Positions 14,501-26,600 of a stretch of 64,000 nt of DNA are shown here, piece by piece (position 1 is the first letter of the stretch; each line of letters opens with the position of its first letter). The DNA is from Amoebophrya sp. A120. Lineage: Eukaryota; Protista; Dinoflagellata. The stretch is taken from contig CAJINV010000013.1 in NCBI GenBank assembly GCA_905178155.1, positions 3,034,158 to 3,098,157 on the forward strand. The letters run 5' to 3'. The position numbers and the translations under genes are program-made. The notes beneath the pieces are model-generated. The model saw nothing but the letters and a program-made list of their open reading frames with translations. It did not search any database and was not told where the DNA came from.

Positions 14501-17500
14501 AAATTTCGGGAGCACCCAAATCCAGTCTGTCATGCTGTTTGGGCAAAGAAGACTCCTCCTTTCGTGCTACTCTGGCAGCGCATTTTATACCTCTAAACAG
14601 GCTTACAATCGGTCTCATTTCTTTGCCTGCTCCCCAATGCAGTCCTTACGTGCCCTACAATTTATGCATCACAAGTAGTTTTTCGATTTTGTCGATTTCG
14701 ATCCTGGCACTCCCATACGGATTTTGCGGTCGTGGCGAAGCGGTTGTGGTTGTTAACGAAAGCGGCGAAGATATCGAAGAAAAAAAGTTCGTCACGATCA
14801 CTCATGCGCATTCTTGCAATACAAAATTGTTTGTCATGCGTAAAAATGCATCACAGCCAAACTTCATTAGGGATTTCCCTAGTGTTTCTGCAATACAAGG
14901 AAAGTTTGTGATGCTGAGAAAATTTGTAATGCAAAGCCTGCAAGTTAGTGACTGTGACAAACTTTTTTCTCTCCATAGAAGACGACACCAAAGTTTGACG
15001 ACGTGAAGATGTTCGACAAGCAGAATGGAATTGACGTGAAACGGTTCGGGCTATCAAACGTAAATATGTCTGGGTCTGGAAGAGTGCATGCTTGTCATGC
15101 TTGTCTGGCATGACTCTCAAATCTGTCATGCACGTTACCCAAGAGCGCTACTTTTCTGTCATGCAGAAACGCAGTTTGTCGCGCCGAATAGGCAACACCT
15201 AGAAGCTCAGAAACTTGTCATGCTAAGCCAGCACTTGTGGCCTCCTCCTCATGATACGCCACCGAGCATCACAAGTTTCCAGACCCAGACATATTTGCAT
15301 TTGATACGGGCTGCACAAGTATCTGTGGTTAAATGTGGAGAAATATCAAATGTAAAAATGTCTGGGTCTGGAAGATTGCGAGACTTGTCGTGCATATTTC
15401 GGATCACGCAAATGGCGTCTGATGTAGGCAAAAGCATCACAGGTTTTGAGCACGCCTCATGATGCCTGTCCCGCATGAGAAACTTCCTACTTGCTTGCCA
15501 AGAAATGGACAGCTTCTGGTGCGCATGCAACACAACTTTTTGTGTGTTCCAGAGTTTGCATCACAAGTTCCAACCCTTCCAGACCCAGACACTTTTACAT
15601 TTGATAAGAAAGAGTGGGTGAAGTTCACGGAGCAGAATAGCTACGCCAACGGAATTAACATGCCGCGGTTCGACTACGCGAACGCGAAATCTTTCAACTG
15701 CTCGGTGCTGCCGTTTCTGGACTGCGGGATCATCTCGATCGGAGAGACGAAGCACTTCAAAATCAAGGTGAAAAACCTCTGCAACCACAAGGCGTCCTTC
15801 AAAATGGAGCCGGATTACCACAACTGTCCGACCTTCGTGTCTGTGACGTACCAGTGTCCGCGAGGGGGCGTGGCGCAGGGCGGCTTCATCGAGGGCGTGG
15901 TCAAGGTCGCGCCGGATTTCGTCAAGGAAGCGGTCGGCAGCTTGGTGGTGTGGCAGAAGTCCAGTGCTGGGGAGTAGGATAGTGTTTCTGTTTGATAATT
16001 TTTTTTTAGTTCCGACGTTCTTTCGCCATGAAGTAGATCGATGTGCCGTGGTGGTCTCGGCAGGAATACATCAAGTTTGCAAGAAAACCTCCAAAGTGAA
16101 AAAGTCTGGACCTCTTCAATCTCACTGTCAGGTTCCGCGAGGCCCGCATTCCACTGTACGTGAAAGCCGTCGACATGGAGATGTGGCATGAAGGGGATCC
16201 GTACCCGTCGAAGTATCACACGCAAATCGGCACCGAAATACCCGCGACCGACGACAAGCTCCGGACGAATTGCCTCCCGGCGACCATCCCGCCCGCGTTC
16301 CACCGCGCGGACACGAATGCGGTGAAAATGCGACGGGAAATAAAATTTTCTTTGAACAAAAAGATTTGCCGCAACGACGACATCCTCCCGAAAGACGGGG
16401 CCAAGCCGGACAAGAAGGTCTACTCGAAGCAGAAAGTAACGAAGCTGCAGCAGAAGCCGGCGAACCGGGCGAGCGTCACGATGGGAAACTTGGGCGTGAG
16501 GACGGAATTCAAGATGCAGACGGAAATGGGCACGTTTTTGGACAACGAACCGGTGAACGCACAGAACTTCGGGGGGATAAGAAATAGCACGCGGCCGAGC
16601 ACGGCGGGAGGGGTTGGGAGTAGCGGAAGCACTGCAGCTGCCTCTCCTGCTGGGATGAGGCAGCTGCCTCTCCGGACACTGCAACGACCGCAGTCCAGCG
16701 CTGGGATGATGACGATGAACGAACAGGCCCGGTTCGACAACCTGAATCGCATCCAGGCCGCCACTATCAAATGTTAAAATGTCTGCGTCTGGAAACTTGT
16801 GATGCTGCGTTGGGAATAGTGAATGCTCTGTAATGCACAGCCAAGCATGAGAAATCAAATATCTGCGCTTCTTTGTGTGGCGTTTTTCGCATGACAAACT
16901 GCGTTTCTGCATGACAGGCAAAGGGGTCTCTTCTTGGACACGCATCACAAACTTTTTGGTCATCCCAGACAAGCATGACAAATCTTGCATTCTTCCAGAG
17001 CCAGACAATTTTGCATTTGATAGCCACGTCAGTGCCGCGGGTTGTCGGCCCGAAGCGGAGGTTTCTGGGATTTTCGCAGGAAGAATTAGAAGAGAAGCAC
17101 AACACGCGGGAGAGGATCGAGAAGCAACGACAAAACCAGAAGGCCACAGGCGTGATCAGCGGAAAACGGATCAAGCACTGCCGACCCGAGGACCCGACCC
17201 TGTTCGGAACGGCTTTCGAGCTGGACACCGAACTCCGAGATAGCGATGAGGAGCCTTTTGCGGAAGAGGAGAAAAAGCCGCCAAGTAGAATGAACGCTTG
17301 GTCGTCGGTGCCGCTTCTGCGGTTGACGAAATCGGACGCTTTAGAGAAGGAGCAGTACTTGAAACAGCGAAGACACGACTCAACGATTTCCAGGAACCGG
17401 CTGCGCAACCGGCAGATCGTGCAAAACTCCAAATTTTACAACTCGATGGACACGGCGATCAACGGGGAGCAGCAAACGTTGTCGACTGTCAATCTAGCTG

Positions 17501-18712
17501 CGGGAGAAATGATGAATACAACCTCCAATGCAGGAATAAAGAACAACGACCCTCATCAAGTGGATGACAAAAATTTCGCATGGAAAAAATCAATCCCGAC
17601 GAAGGAGGAGCAGCAAGTCCGGGAAATCTTGACGGCAAATAGCAGGCCACAAAAAGTGTTGCACTACCCGGAACTGAAATTGTCAAATAGCAGTTTGACC
17701 TCGTCTTCGGGGGAGCAGCAGCAGCAGCGAAACAAGCAGCAAGCAGGAGGTAACTACAAGCAAGGAGGAGATTCATCGTCCGTGCATCAGTTTTACCCGG
17801 AGCAACAAGTAGACGATGATAACGACGAGCAGGCCCTTGCTGAGCAGGCTGCAGCACAGGGCACGAAGATACAACGACATGTTGGGCAAGTAGATCACGC
17901 AATGAAACTACAAAACCAGAAGCAAAAACCACCAGGGACTCAGCCTCCAAAGCGGCTCATTCTCGGGGAGGCGAGTGTTGTATCAAATGTAAAAATGTCT
18001 GGGTCTGGAAGAGTCATGCTGTTTTTGCATGACACAGAAGGTCTGGCATGGAAGCTCTAGCATTACAGGTTTCGAGAAGCTTCCGCAATGCCGAATCCGC
18101 ATGACAAATCCCCCACTTTGGTGACAGAAAGTGGGCAGCTTTTGCTACCCATGCATGAGAGATTTTTCTGCGTTCTGAAATGTGCATCACAAGTTCGGAT
18201 TCTTCCAGACCCAGACATTTTTACATTTGATATGTTGCGACGCCGGACGATGAGCAATCGCGGGAAGAACTGTTTTATCAAATGTAAAAATGTCTGGGTC
18301 TGGGAGCTTGTCATGCTGGGTAGCGTCTCATGATGAGGCTACAAATGCTGGCTCAGCATGACAAGTTTCTGAGCTCCTAGCTGTTGCCTATTCTGCATGA
18401 CAAACTGCGCTTCTGCATCACAGAAAAACGCAGCTCTTGGGTAACGTGCATGACAGATTTAAGAGTCATGCCAGAGAAGCATGACAAACATGAATTCTTC
18501 CAGACCCAGACATTTTTGCATTTGATATGTTTTCGCAGAAGTTTCTGTGCGGGCCGGGCGCGGGACCAGCGGGGGGAGTTTCTTCCGGGCAGCTCGGCGG
18601 CTTTGGAATGAACAAAAAAGTGGTGCAGTGTATGGAATGGGGAACTTTTATTTTTTCGGGATTATGGATTTGCGATCTCACTCTTTGTTGTGCAGCCGTA
18701 GTTCATACATGA
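11583..18712 (+). CDS. Large hypothetical protein with a possible ASH/MSP-like Ig segment; 11 introners plus at least one canonical intron; 3' end uncertain
   Basis: A continuous frame is recovered after removing 11 elements and GT-AG intron ~15974-16131. FLDCGIISIGETKHFKIKVKNLCNHKASFKM resembles ASH-domain starts (tentative). Confidence 0.7.
11824..12090. mobile_element. Introner, family A
   Basis: TIR tatgcattgcaaatatgtctgggtctggaag / cttccagagccagacgtatttgcatttcata; TSD ctcgc. Confidence 0.93.
12268..12516. mobile_element. Introner, family A
   Basis: Family A TIRs; TSD tcact; close reverse-complement relative of 60008-60275. Confidence 0.93.
12565..12714. mobile_element. Introner, family H (150 bp, shortest)
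   Basis: TIR tatcctgtgcaaaagtatcgtactcgta / tactagtacgatgcttctgcatttcata; TSD cgacc; removal gives VSTAHQTTLLFSQENEDEEALSGED in frame with ORF 12771. Confidence 0.88.
14109..14363. mobile_element. Introner, family A
   Basis: Family A TIRs; TSD tccgg; reverse-complement relative of 17981-18232. Confidence 0.93.
14405..14717. mobile_element. Introner, family E
   Basis: TIR tatggaagtgtcagaatcggaattgacaaaatcgaaaaa / tttttcgattttgtcgatttcgatcctggcactcccata; TSD cggat. Confidence 0.9.
14772..14977. mobile_element. Introner, family F
   Basis: TIR tatcgaagaaaaaaagttcgtcacgatcact / agtgactgtgacaaacttttttctctccata; TSD gaaga. Confidence 0.88.
15052..15306. mobile_element. Introner, family A
   Basis: Family A TIRs; TSD cgggc; reverse-complement relative of 18276-18527. 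Confidence 0.93.
15344..15606. mobile_element. Introner, family A
   Basis: Family A TIRs; TSD agaaa; removal gives WLNVEKEWVKF. Confidence 0.93.
16765..17022. mobile_element. Introner, family A
   Basis: Slightly diverged family A TIRs; TSD gccac. Confidence 0.92.
17981..18232. mobile_element. Introner, family A
   Basis: TIR tatcaaatgtaaaaatgtctgggtctggaaga at both ends; TSD tgttg. Confidence 0.94.
18276..18527. mobile_element. Introner, family A
   Basis: Family A TIRs; TSD tgttt. Confidence 0.94.
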
Positions 18713-19950
18713 CATGACAAGGTACGGCAAATCGATTCTGTATGTCATGTGCAGTCGGGAGGCTCAGAGTCAGAAGCAGACGAAGACACCCCTGTCAGCA
18801 TGCTCTAGTCGCCGAGTGAGTTCTGCAATGCAAGATCGCAAATCCCGGATTTCCGTGTTTTTTCGTTTGCACACAGCTTCTCCGGCCGGAAGATTCGTCG
18901 TACATATCCGCATGAGAGGTGGGGCGCCGGCATAATGCGAAAAGCGCAAGAAGAACTTGTACAAGTTTATTTCTATCTTTGTTCGGTTTCATCTTTTTAT
19001 TCACACATATTTACAGTACGCCAGCCAGCTCTAGCGCTAATCAAGTAAACTCTTTTTTGTGACAAATCAGTGCTGATGAATGTATACATAGAGGAACACT
19101 TCTGTAATTTGAACTTCAGCTCAGGCTTACGCTTACACCTTTTTGTTTCCTTTTTCTGTCAGCCATTTGGCATCATCATGCTGCATGCAACGTGCAAGGC
19201 CGAGCTTGGCGGTCTTTCCACTGGGGATGCATTGCCTTCGCATGATTGACAGCGACAAGACGCTTCTTTCGGTTGTTTCGGCTTGTAAAAATGCAGCGGG
19301 TTAACTATTGGTGGCGCCACTCAGACTGCAAGTTTATTTTTACTGTAGAATTTTGGACAACATCAAAAAGATAGATCTAAAAGTGCCGAGGCACGCGCAA
19401 ATGCAGGGTTGGAAAGAGCTCAGGGTTCTTGAAGATCGATGTTTTTGTACATGTCCAAAGGGAACAAGATCAAGATCACGGACAGATCCACCTCTACTTA
19501 TCGAGTAAGTAGCAGGACCCGCGCGCCTGTCTACAGGCAGAGGCAGACGACCCGTTCCTAAGACTGGCACAAGATCTAGTTTTGGACCGCCTATCAGGAT
19601 CCACGTCAGATCAGTATCTCTGTCTTGCCTAGTTAGTAGCAGAATTTGCACGGTTTGCGGAGAACAAAAGGTCGGTAGTAGCGGTGCTCTACTGCGGAAA
19701 CAAGTGTTATTCCAATCAGCGAAAGCGAAATAAAGAAGAAGAAAGCTATGATTGAATGTTTTTTTGTCCTGAAGAAGTACCATCAAAATCCACATTACCA
19801 CCGCAATATGAGAACACGACGTTACCGCTTCAGTTTTTCTAGAATCTAGCCAGCCTAAGACTCTATGTATCAGCAGAAATCAGCCACTTATACTTCGTGA
19901 TCTTCTCGTCCTGTCGTGTCAGAAAGTAATCCCGACGCATTGAAGGAGCA

Positions 19951-20928
19951 ATGACGCGGTTATTTTCTAGCCCCTCCTGCGCAATAAGAGCCGGACCGGC
20001 TTTTTTCTTGACTGTACTACTTTTATTTTCCAGCGACAGTGGCACTTCTGTTCGTTCGGTCCGCATGGTGATCAACGGGCCGGTCGGCGGACAAGCGCGA
20101 GATTTTCTTCAGCCGCCAGGAAACCCTCCTCCGCAGCAACAAGACATGGGCGACGCCGCTTTGCGCGGGGAGTTACAACAGCAATTCTCGACGCCCGGCG
20201 GCAGCACGACCAGCGGGGATCTTCATCGTGGCAGGACGACGATTCTGAGGCCGATGACTGTGACCGACACTTCATCCTCCGAGTTGTTTAATCAGAATTC
20301 GTGTTGCCTGCTTTTCAAGTCGGATGTGACCGATTGCATTCCCGACCAGCGTGCGACGTGGCTGCAGACGCTAGGCATCGAGCCCGACACGGACATTGCC
20401 TTCGGGCCGGACCATGAAGGCAACGAGCGTGGCTGCCAGATGGCGAAAGCCTGCATGGCGCAGGCGTTTCGCTTTGCCCCGACGCTCTCGGCAGGCACGT
20501 TTTGCGTTGCGGCGATGTGTCATTCGGATCAGGCATATGGTGCCGCCACGGCGGTACTATATCCGAGTCTGGTGTTGAGTAGCCTCTCCGGAGCCATGTC
20601 GTTTTACACCGCGTGCGCCTGCTGCTCGCTGCGGTGCGTGTATTACCAGTGCTTACAGATACAGCCCGACCAACGGGTGGTCGTGAGTGAGGCAGACTGT
20701 GTCTGTTGCGAGGGTCTCTGCGTGCTAAAGAGCGGACACTGCCTGCCGCGGTTGCAGCGGGCCATCGAGATTCCCTTGTACGGGCGACGACCGGTGCCGC
20801 TTTTGACCCGGAGCGACATACATAGAAGCGACATACATGTCGGAGCACGCTCGGCCTCCCTTTCTCCAGCAACGGATTGGTCCACACCGTTCCCGCCCTT
20901 TCTGAGTCCGCGCGATGGGGGGCCGTAG
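19951..20928 (+). CDS. Hypothetical Cys-rich protein with signal-like N-terminus and hydrophobic segments
   Basis: 325-aa uninterrupted ATG-initiated ORF; no family recognised. Confidence 0.55.
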   Translation: MTRLFSSPSCAIRAGPAFFLTVLLLFSSDSGTSVRSVRMVINGPVGGQARDFLQPPGNPPPQQQDMGDAALRGELQQQFSTPGGSTTSGDLHRGRTTILRPMTVTDTSSSELFNQNSCCLLFKSDVTDCIPDQRATWLQTLGIEPDTDIAFGPDHEGNERGCQMAKACMAQAFRFAPTLSAGTFCVAAMCHSDQAYGAATAVLYPSLVLSSLSGAMSFYTACACCSLRCVYYQCLQIQPDQRVVVSEADCVCCEGLCVLKSGHCLPRLQRAIEIPLYGRRPVPLLTRSDIHRSDIHVGARSASLSPATDWSTPFPPFLSPRDGGP

Positions 20929-22230
20929 CAGAGGACGCCTAGAAAATATATCAATGAATTACTTACGATCCAAGTGTAACTACCTTGTTTGCCAAGGGCG
21001 GGTTGCAGTGGGACACCATACATAGTCGTGACCGAGGACATATGGGAGTCGCCGTCGGGTTCAAACGTATGAAATAAGAAGACTACATCAAGAATCACGT
21101 ATAAAAGGCATGTTCTTGTTTGACTTTGACCCGCACGACCAGGAGGTCCAAAGTCAATCACATCATCAGGCTCGCGCTCATCGCATTTTGAGCAGACCAG
21201 GTCCACGTGACACGATAGATACTTAGCGACTTTTTGAGGTGCCTCTGGAGATCGAGCTGTTTCTCAAATTTTGAAAATCAGGTTCTGTACTTTTTACCGA
21301 GAACGAAGCTGGCCACTGTAGTTTGTAAAAGGCGTTTTTGTTATTACATTTCGATTTCAGTTGTAGCAAAAACTGAAACCAGTAATTTTGTCTGTATCGC
21401 CATCGCGTCAGCAGGGTCAGCTATGACTTTTGGTACCTGTGCTCTGCTCTGCAAATCATGCGAAAGGCAAACATTCAGACTCTCTCCCTTGACGGCCCTT
21501 TCAGATTTGATTTATTGTTTCGCTACCTCTTTGACTTTTTCTTTGATCTATCATGAACTGCATGACCTAGGAGTAGGTTGTCCTCGTCTGCACTCACTCA
21601 TCGCATATCGACGAGAAGTGTTCTTGAGCTGATTATAACACAGCACTACATCTTTCGCTGTGCATCGTCCGCCCACCCACCGCAGCGTTCGATGCTGATA
21701 TTCGTTCGCAGCTGTCTTGAAGTAGTATCCATCACCGTTGTCGGTCGTTCATCACGATTCGCTTTCATCGTACAGAGCCGAGCGACCTCCATTTCTCATT
21801 CGTTCAGCCAGTAATGTAAAGAACTCAGTTCATGATCTAGTCGAACAACTCGCAACACTTCATAGAGTGACGGGGAGTAGTCTATAGTCCAGGGCACTAG
21901 TCATTTTCTCTTCGGGACCAGATCACGACGCGGTTTTTTTTTGAACCATTTTCCTTCACAGTCAGCATCCAAGAAGCAATTCTATTCATTGATTGCCACC
22001 ACCGAAACCCAAATCTTATATACATAGCCTCAGGCGTTGCTTATTAGGTACAAACGCATAGAAACAGCCAGAAACACGAGGCCTCTTGTAGAGGTTACTC
22101 AGACGCATCCAAGAGGGCTGAGTGGAAGACAAGTAGATCGCTCGGTACAAGAGGGGGCCTTCAGTTTGACTCCGAACTTTGCGTTTATTGCGAAAACAAC
22201 ACTCGACACCTACCCAAACCCACTCGCACG

Positions 22231-23104
22231 ATGGACATTGAGAGCCTTCGAAAAAATCCGACCGCGAATCAGCGGCGGATCGGGGAACTGAAAAAGCAGC
22301 AGAGGGACCTGTTTCGCGAACAGAGGACAGTAGCGCAGGAATGGAATAAAGCGCTGGAGCCAGGTACGGAGACTTCTAATAGGTTTGTTCTTGCGACTTC
22401 TGGATAGACTATGATGAAACCAAATGCACTACATACTTACTAACTTTTGTGAAGATGCAATCGTTTCGCACACTGAGACCACCTAAAAAACAGAGAACAA
22501 AGTGCAGACGAGTAATATCCGGCGTATGCGCGTCGCGGTGTTTCTGAGCACACAACCTGGGCAGATTGAGTACGGGCAGACGCCGCCGGATTTATCTCAG
22601 GCGTCCCGCTACAGACGAAGGACGACGCAGATTGAGCAGCTGCAGAAGCAAATAGAGGGCTGTACTGAGGAGATAAAGAGGCTGGAAAATGAAGAAAGAA
22701 AACAAAACGCCGAGAAAGCTTCCGGAACGAAGATGGGGTCGATACAAGAGTGGAATCGAGCCTACGGGATGGCCAAGAGGACGATGAGTATAAATATGGA
22801 AATTTGCCGTGACCTCGACCTGTTTGTGTTTTGCTCAGTCGAATTTTGATCATGATCTTGTTTGTGCATCGCTAAGTGTGCATGACACCGCAACGAACTG
22901 CTTTTCTCTAGCGTTTCCAGTGCCTGAGAGTTCTTCAATTTTCGAAAACAAATTAATTTTCCAGGTAAAACGGAGCGGTGGCTCTCCTACGTCAAACCGC
23001 CTTCGCAGATCATTTCTGGGGCGGAGAGCAAGGACGGAACAGTAAAGTTTCCGGGAAGCTTGAGCCAGGCGCTGCCGATGCGACGCGGGATGCTGACAGA
23101 TTGA
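22231..23104 (+). CDS. Small coiled-coil hypothetical protein, 3 exons
   Basis: MDIESLRKNPTANQRRIGELKKQQ joins ORF 22502 via a GT-AG intron from 22363; a second intron from 22788 leads to a final exon ending TGA at 23104. Confidence 0.55.
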
Positions 23105-23696
23105 GCTGATGAAAGAGGTGTTGCTGTGCAATACGGGACCGATTGAATGGTGCCATTCGAATCATTCTTTCCAACATTCGAAATCTTCGAAATGCAAGGT
23201 TATCGACGAGAATACTCGTCACTGTAGAATTGGAAGGAGACGAATGAAACTTGTTTCTGTTTCATCAACAACGCACCTGCAGGACGGAAGACGGTCGTAC
23301 TTCTGAGACGAGCCTTAAGTTGATCCATCGGCAGAAACTTCAGAGCAATAAGTAAGTACTTACAAAAAGCGTGAGTCGTCCACCGTGGCGCGACGAACGC
23401 TGAATCTGTTCCTGGAAAGCATTCCCTGTTCTGCCTCACAGGACGAGGCGGTCGAGAGAAACAAACCTGAAGATCATCAAGTTTGAAAAAGCAAATGCAA
23501 AAAATTATCTGGATGAAGTTCTAATACGCTTTAGTGGTGGCCGAGGCCGAGAGATAAACACGACTGCGAGGGTAAGTACGTCGAGAGGAGTGGCTTGTGG
23601 GGTCTGATCTTCAAAACAGCTGGTGCGCGGCGGCTTAGTATTCCTAGAAAAACAAGCAAAACTCCGACGTTCATCTTCTTCACTGCGTGAAACTGA

Positions 23697-26600
23697 ATGT
23701 CCCAGGAGCTGTTCACCTGGGGCAGCGGCGCCTACGGGCGCCTCGGCCTGGGTGGGTTGGAGGACCACGGGGTCCCGCAGCGGCTCGGCGGGATCTGCAA
23801 CGGGCGGCAATTCGCGAACGGGTCTTGCGGGTGGTACCACTCTGCTTGTGTCACCACGTCCGGGGAAGTTCTCATGTTCGGTACGAACGTGACCGGGTGT
23901 CTCGGCTTGGTCGCCACGAACGAGTACGGGAGCTTCGACAAGAACTCCGGCGAAATCTCCGGCTACAACAGCTTTTCGTCCGACACGAGTTCGTCGGGCT
24001 CGGATGACGAAGACGAGTCGGATGATATCATGTGTAAAAACATCTTCCAAAAATCTGCTAGACAAATCAACAAGCTTTGCGTTGATGTCGCGCATGATAC
24101 GTTTGGGCGCGCAGTGTGGTGCACAGCTGGCGTAGCAGCAACACAGATCAAGCCTCTCATCCTGATTTAAGCATGACAAATTCCAAATCACAACTAGAAA
24201 ATGCTTCATAGGCCTGCGCATTAGAAACATTTCATCAGGCATGCAGATTCTTGCATGACAGCTCGTTTTTATTCGGCATAGATGACGAGCTGCTGCAGCA
24301 ATCGGACGACGATTACACCGAGCTGCAGAACATCAAAACAAAGAACAAAAGATTAGAGCGGAAGAAGCGGAAGCAGGCGCTGAAGAAGCAACAGTACAAC
24401 GAGCGCACGACGGAGACGTTCGTGCCGAAGTTGTTGAAGATCTCGAACAAGTTGAACAGCCAACCGAGCCGCAAGATGATCATCGTGCAGGTCAGTTGCG
24501 GGGGCGACATGCTGGGCGCGCACACACTCGCGTTGACGCAGTTTGGCAGACTGTACAGCTGGGGCTACGGGCCCGCGACCGGGCTTGGGAAGGCCAGCGA
24601 AATCGTGCGAAAACCCACACTGGTCAAGCAGTTCTACGGGTTCGCGAGCAACAGCGGAAAATACGTGGAGCAGATCGGGCACACCAACGGCGTCGAGGAG
24701 ATCCAGCGGGGGTTCGGGAGTTTCAGTCGCAAGGGAAAATGGCTCACGAAGGCGCTGAACTCCGGCGGCGCGCGGGCGGGGCTGCAGATGCTGTCCCCAA
24801 GAATCGTGAAGATCTCCGCCGGCGGGAGCTTCTCCATCGCCTTGAGCTACGACGGGCAGGTGTTCACCTGGGGTTTGTCCGCCGGGGGAAGATTGGGGTT
24901 CCGCACCAGGTTTCGCGCGCAGTTGAAGCCGCGGAGGCTGGAGTCGGTTTCGTTGCTACTCCAGGACGGCGGAATGAACTCCTCTGCTTCGGTGAACGTC
25001 GCAACCTCGATGGGCATATCGACGAGCGGGTCGTCGACGCAGCTGCAGCAAAACATCTTCAACCCTCTGTCCAGGTCGGACGGGGAGTACGCGAAGATCA
25101 TCGATATCGCCGCCGGGAACGCTTTCGGCTTGTTGCTGTCCGGGCCGAATTCCGGGTCGAAGGTGTTCGCGTTTGGCGAAAACAGCAAGGGGCAACTGGG
25201 TGTGGGGCATCTGATGGACTGCTACGAGCCCACGATGGTGTTTTCCTCGCCGTTCGGCCAGAAGACATCGCTGTACCAATTGTCCCAAATTGCCTGCGGC
25301 GACGCCCATTCGTTGGCGCTGGACATGAGCGGCAACGTCTACTCTTGGGGCGCGCTTGGCGGGCCGGCCACCGGACACGGGTTTCCGAACCCAAACGCGT
25401 TGGTGGGCGGGGTCTCGGCGGTGTATTCGAGAAGGAAGTTGGACTTGCAGCAGTACAAACTGTACTTGGAAGAGTTGGAAAAGGAGGAGAAAATGGATGG
25501 GGAAGGGGTATAGGATTTTGCAAGTGATCCGATTTTTTCCCCATCTCTTCTTTCAGCATAATAAATAATCGATCCATTTATGCAGTGTATGCGACGAGAT
25601 GTTGCTCTTTATTCTGGTGCATGAGAAACATGCTTGAATTAGAATTACTTAATACTTCAGACCCCCACGTCCTCCTCGATGAAAAATCGCAATATCGCGG
25701 ACCCGGTCGCGAGACTAAACACCGAGGAGAAGTTCGGCAACCTCGACGGCATGGACAATTTCGGGCAGATGGTCTCCCTATCCACCCAGTTTCGCCTCCG
25801 CTCCGTTCCTTTCTGGTGGACGCGCCCCCGGAACATTCTGCACCTGAACAACGTGGTCCAGATCCAGGCCGGGTTCGCGCACTCCATGGCATTGACAAAA
25901 GACGGGCTGCTCTACCAGTGGGGCACCCAGCCGGCATCGACCGCGGCAGACGCGAATTTTCCGCTCTTTCAACTCCCCCCGCGGACGACTTTGCCCGGGA
26001 CGTTGGCCGGGTACTTTCACAACGAGGAGCAGTTTCAAGACGTGGAAAATCACCAGGGGTTTACGTTCACGAAGATGCTGAGGCGGAAGTTGCAGAAAGA
26101 TGGAAAGTTGTACGGGTACGACTGGATCGGCAAGCACTTCCAGGAGGAAGAAGATGGAGGTGGCAATGGAGGGAGCTCCTCTGCGCAGGAACAGCCTTCG
26201 ACGCCGAGCACTTCTCGGAACAAGTTAGGTTCCGGCGGGTCGTCCTCATCCTCCTTGGAGAAACAAACAAACTCAACAACCGCCTCCTCCATCGCGTCTG
26301 ATATGATGTTCGGAGGTGCATCAAATCCAAACGCGACTACGAATCAAACAGCGAAAAATCTTAGACCACCGGCGCAGCAGCAGCAGCAGCAAGTGGTCCC
26401 GCGGGGAAGTGCGAAGATCACCGCGGTGAGTAAACGGGCGGAGGCCTACTGGATTCCACGATTGGTAAACTTCACCCCCCACTGCCCCCTGCTCTCCATC
26501 GAAAACGCGACGGCCGGCGGCTGGCACAGCATGGGCATGGCAAAGTACGAGACGTTCTTTCTGAAGAATCTAGCGGTCGGAAAACTGAACGAATTCTGCG

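Noticed and set aside
2832-17008. Long minus-strand ORFs such as 2832-3695 and 15815-17008
   Set aside because: Antisense shadows of + strand exons or read-through of elements; no recognisable domains.
18631-18707. Possible tiny element tatggaa...ttcata with flanks cagtg/catga
   Set aside because: TIR and duplication too weak; cannot be supported.
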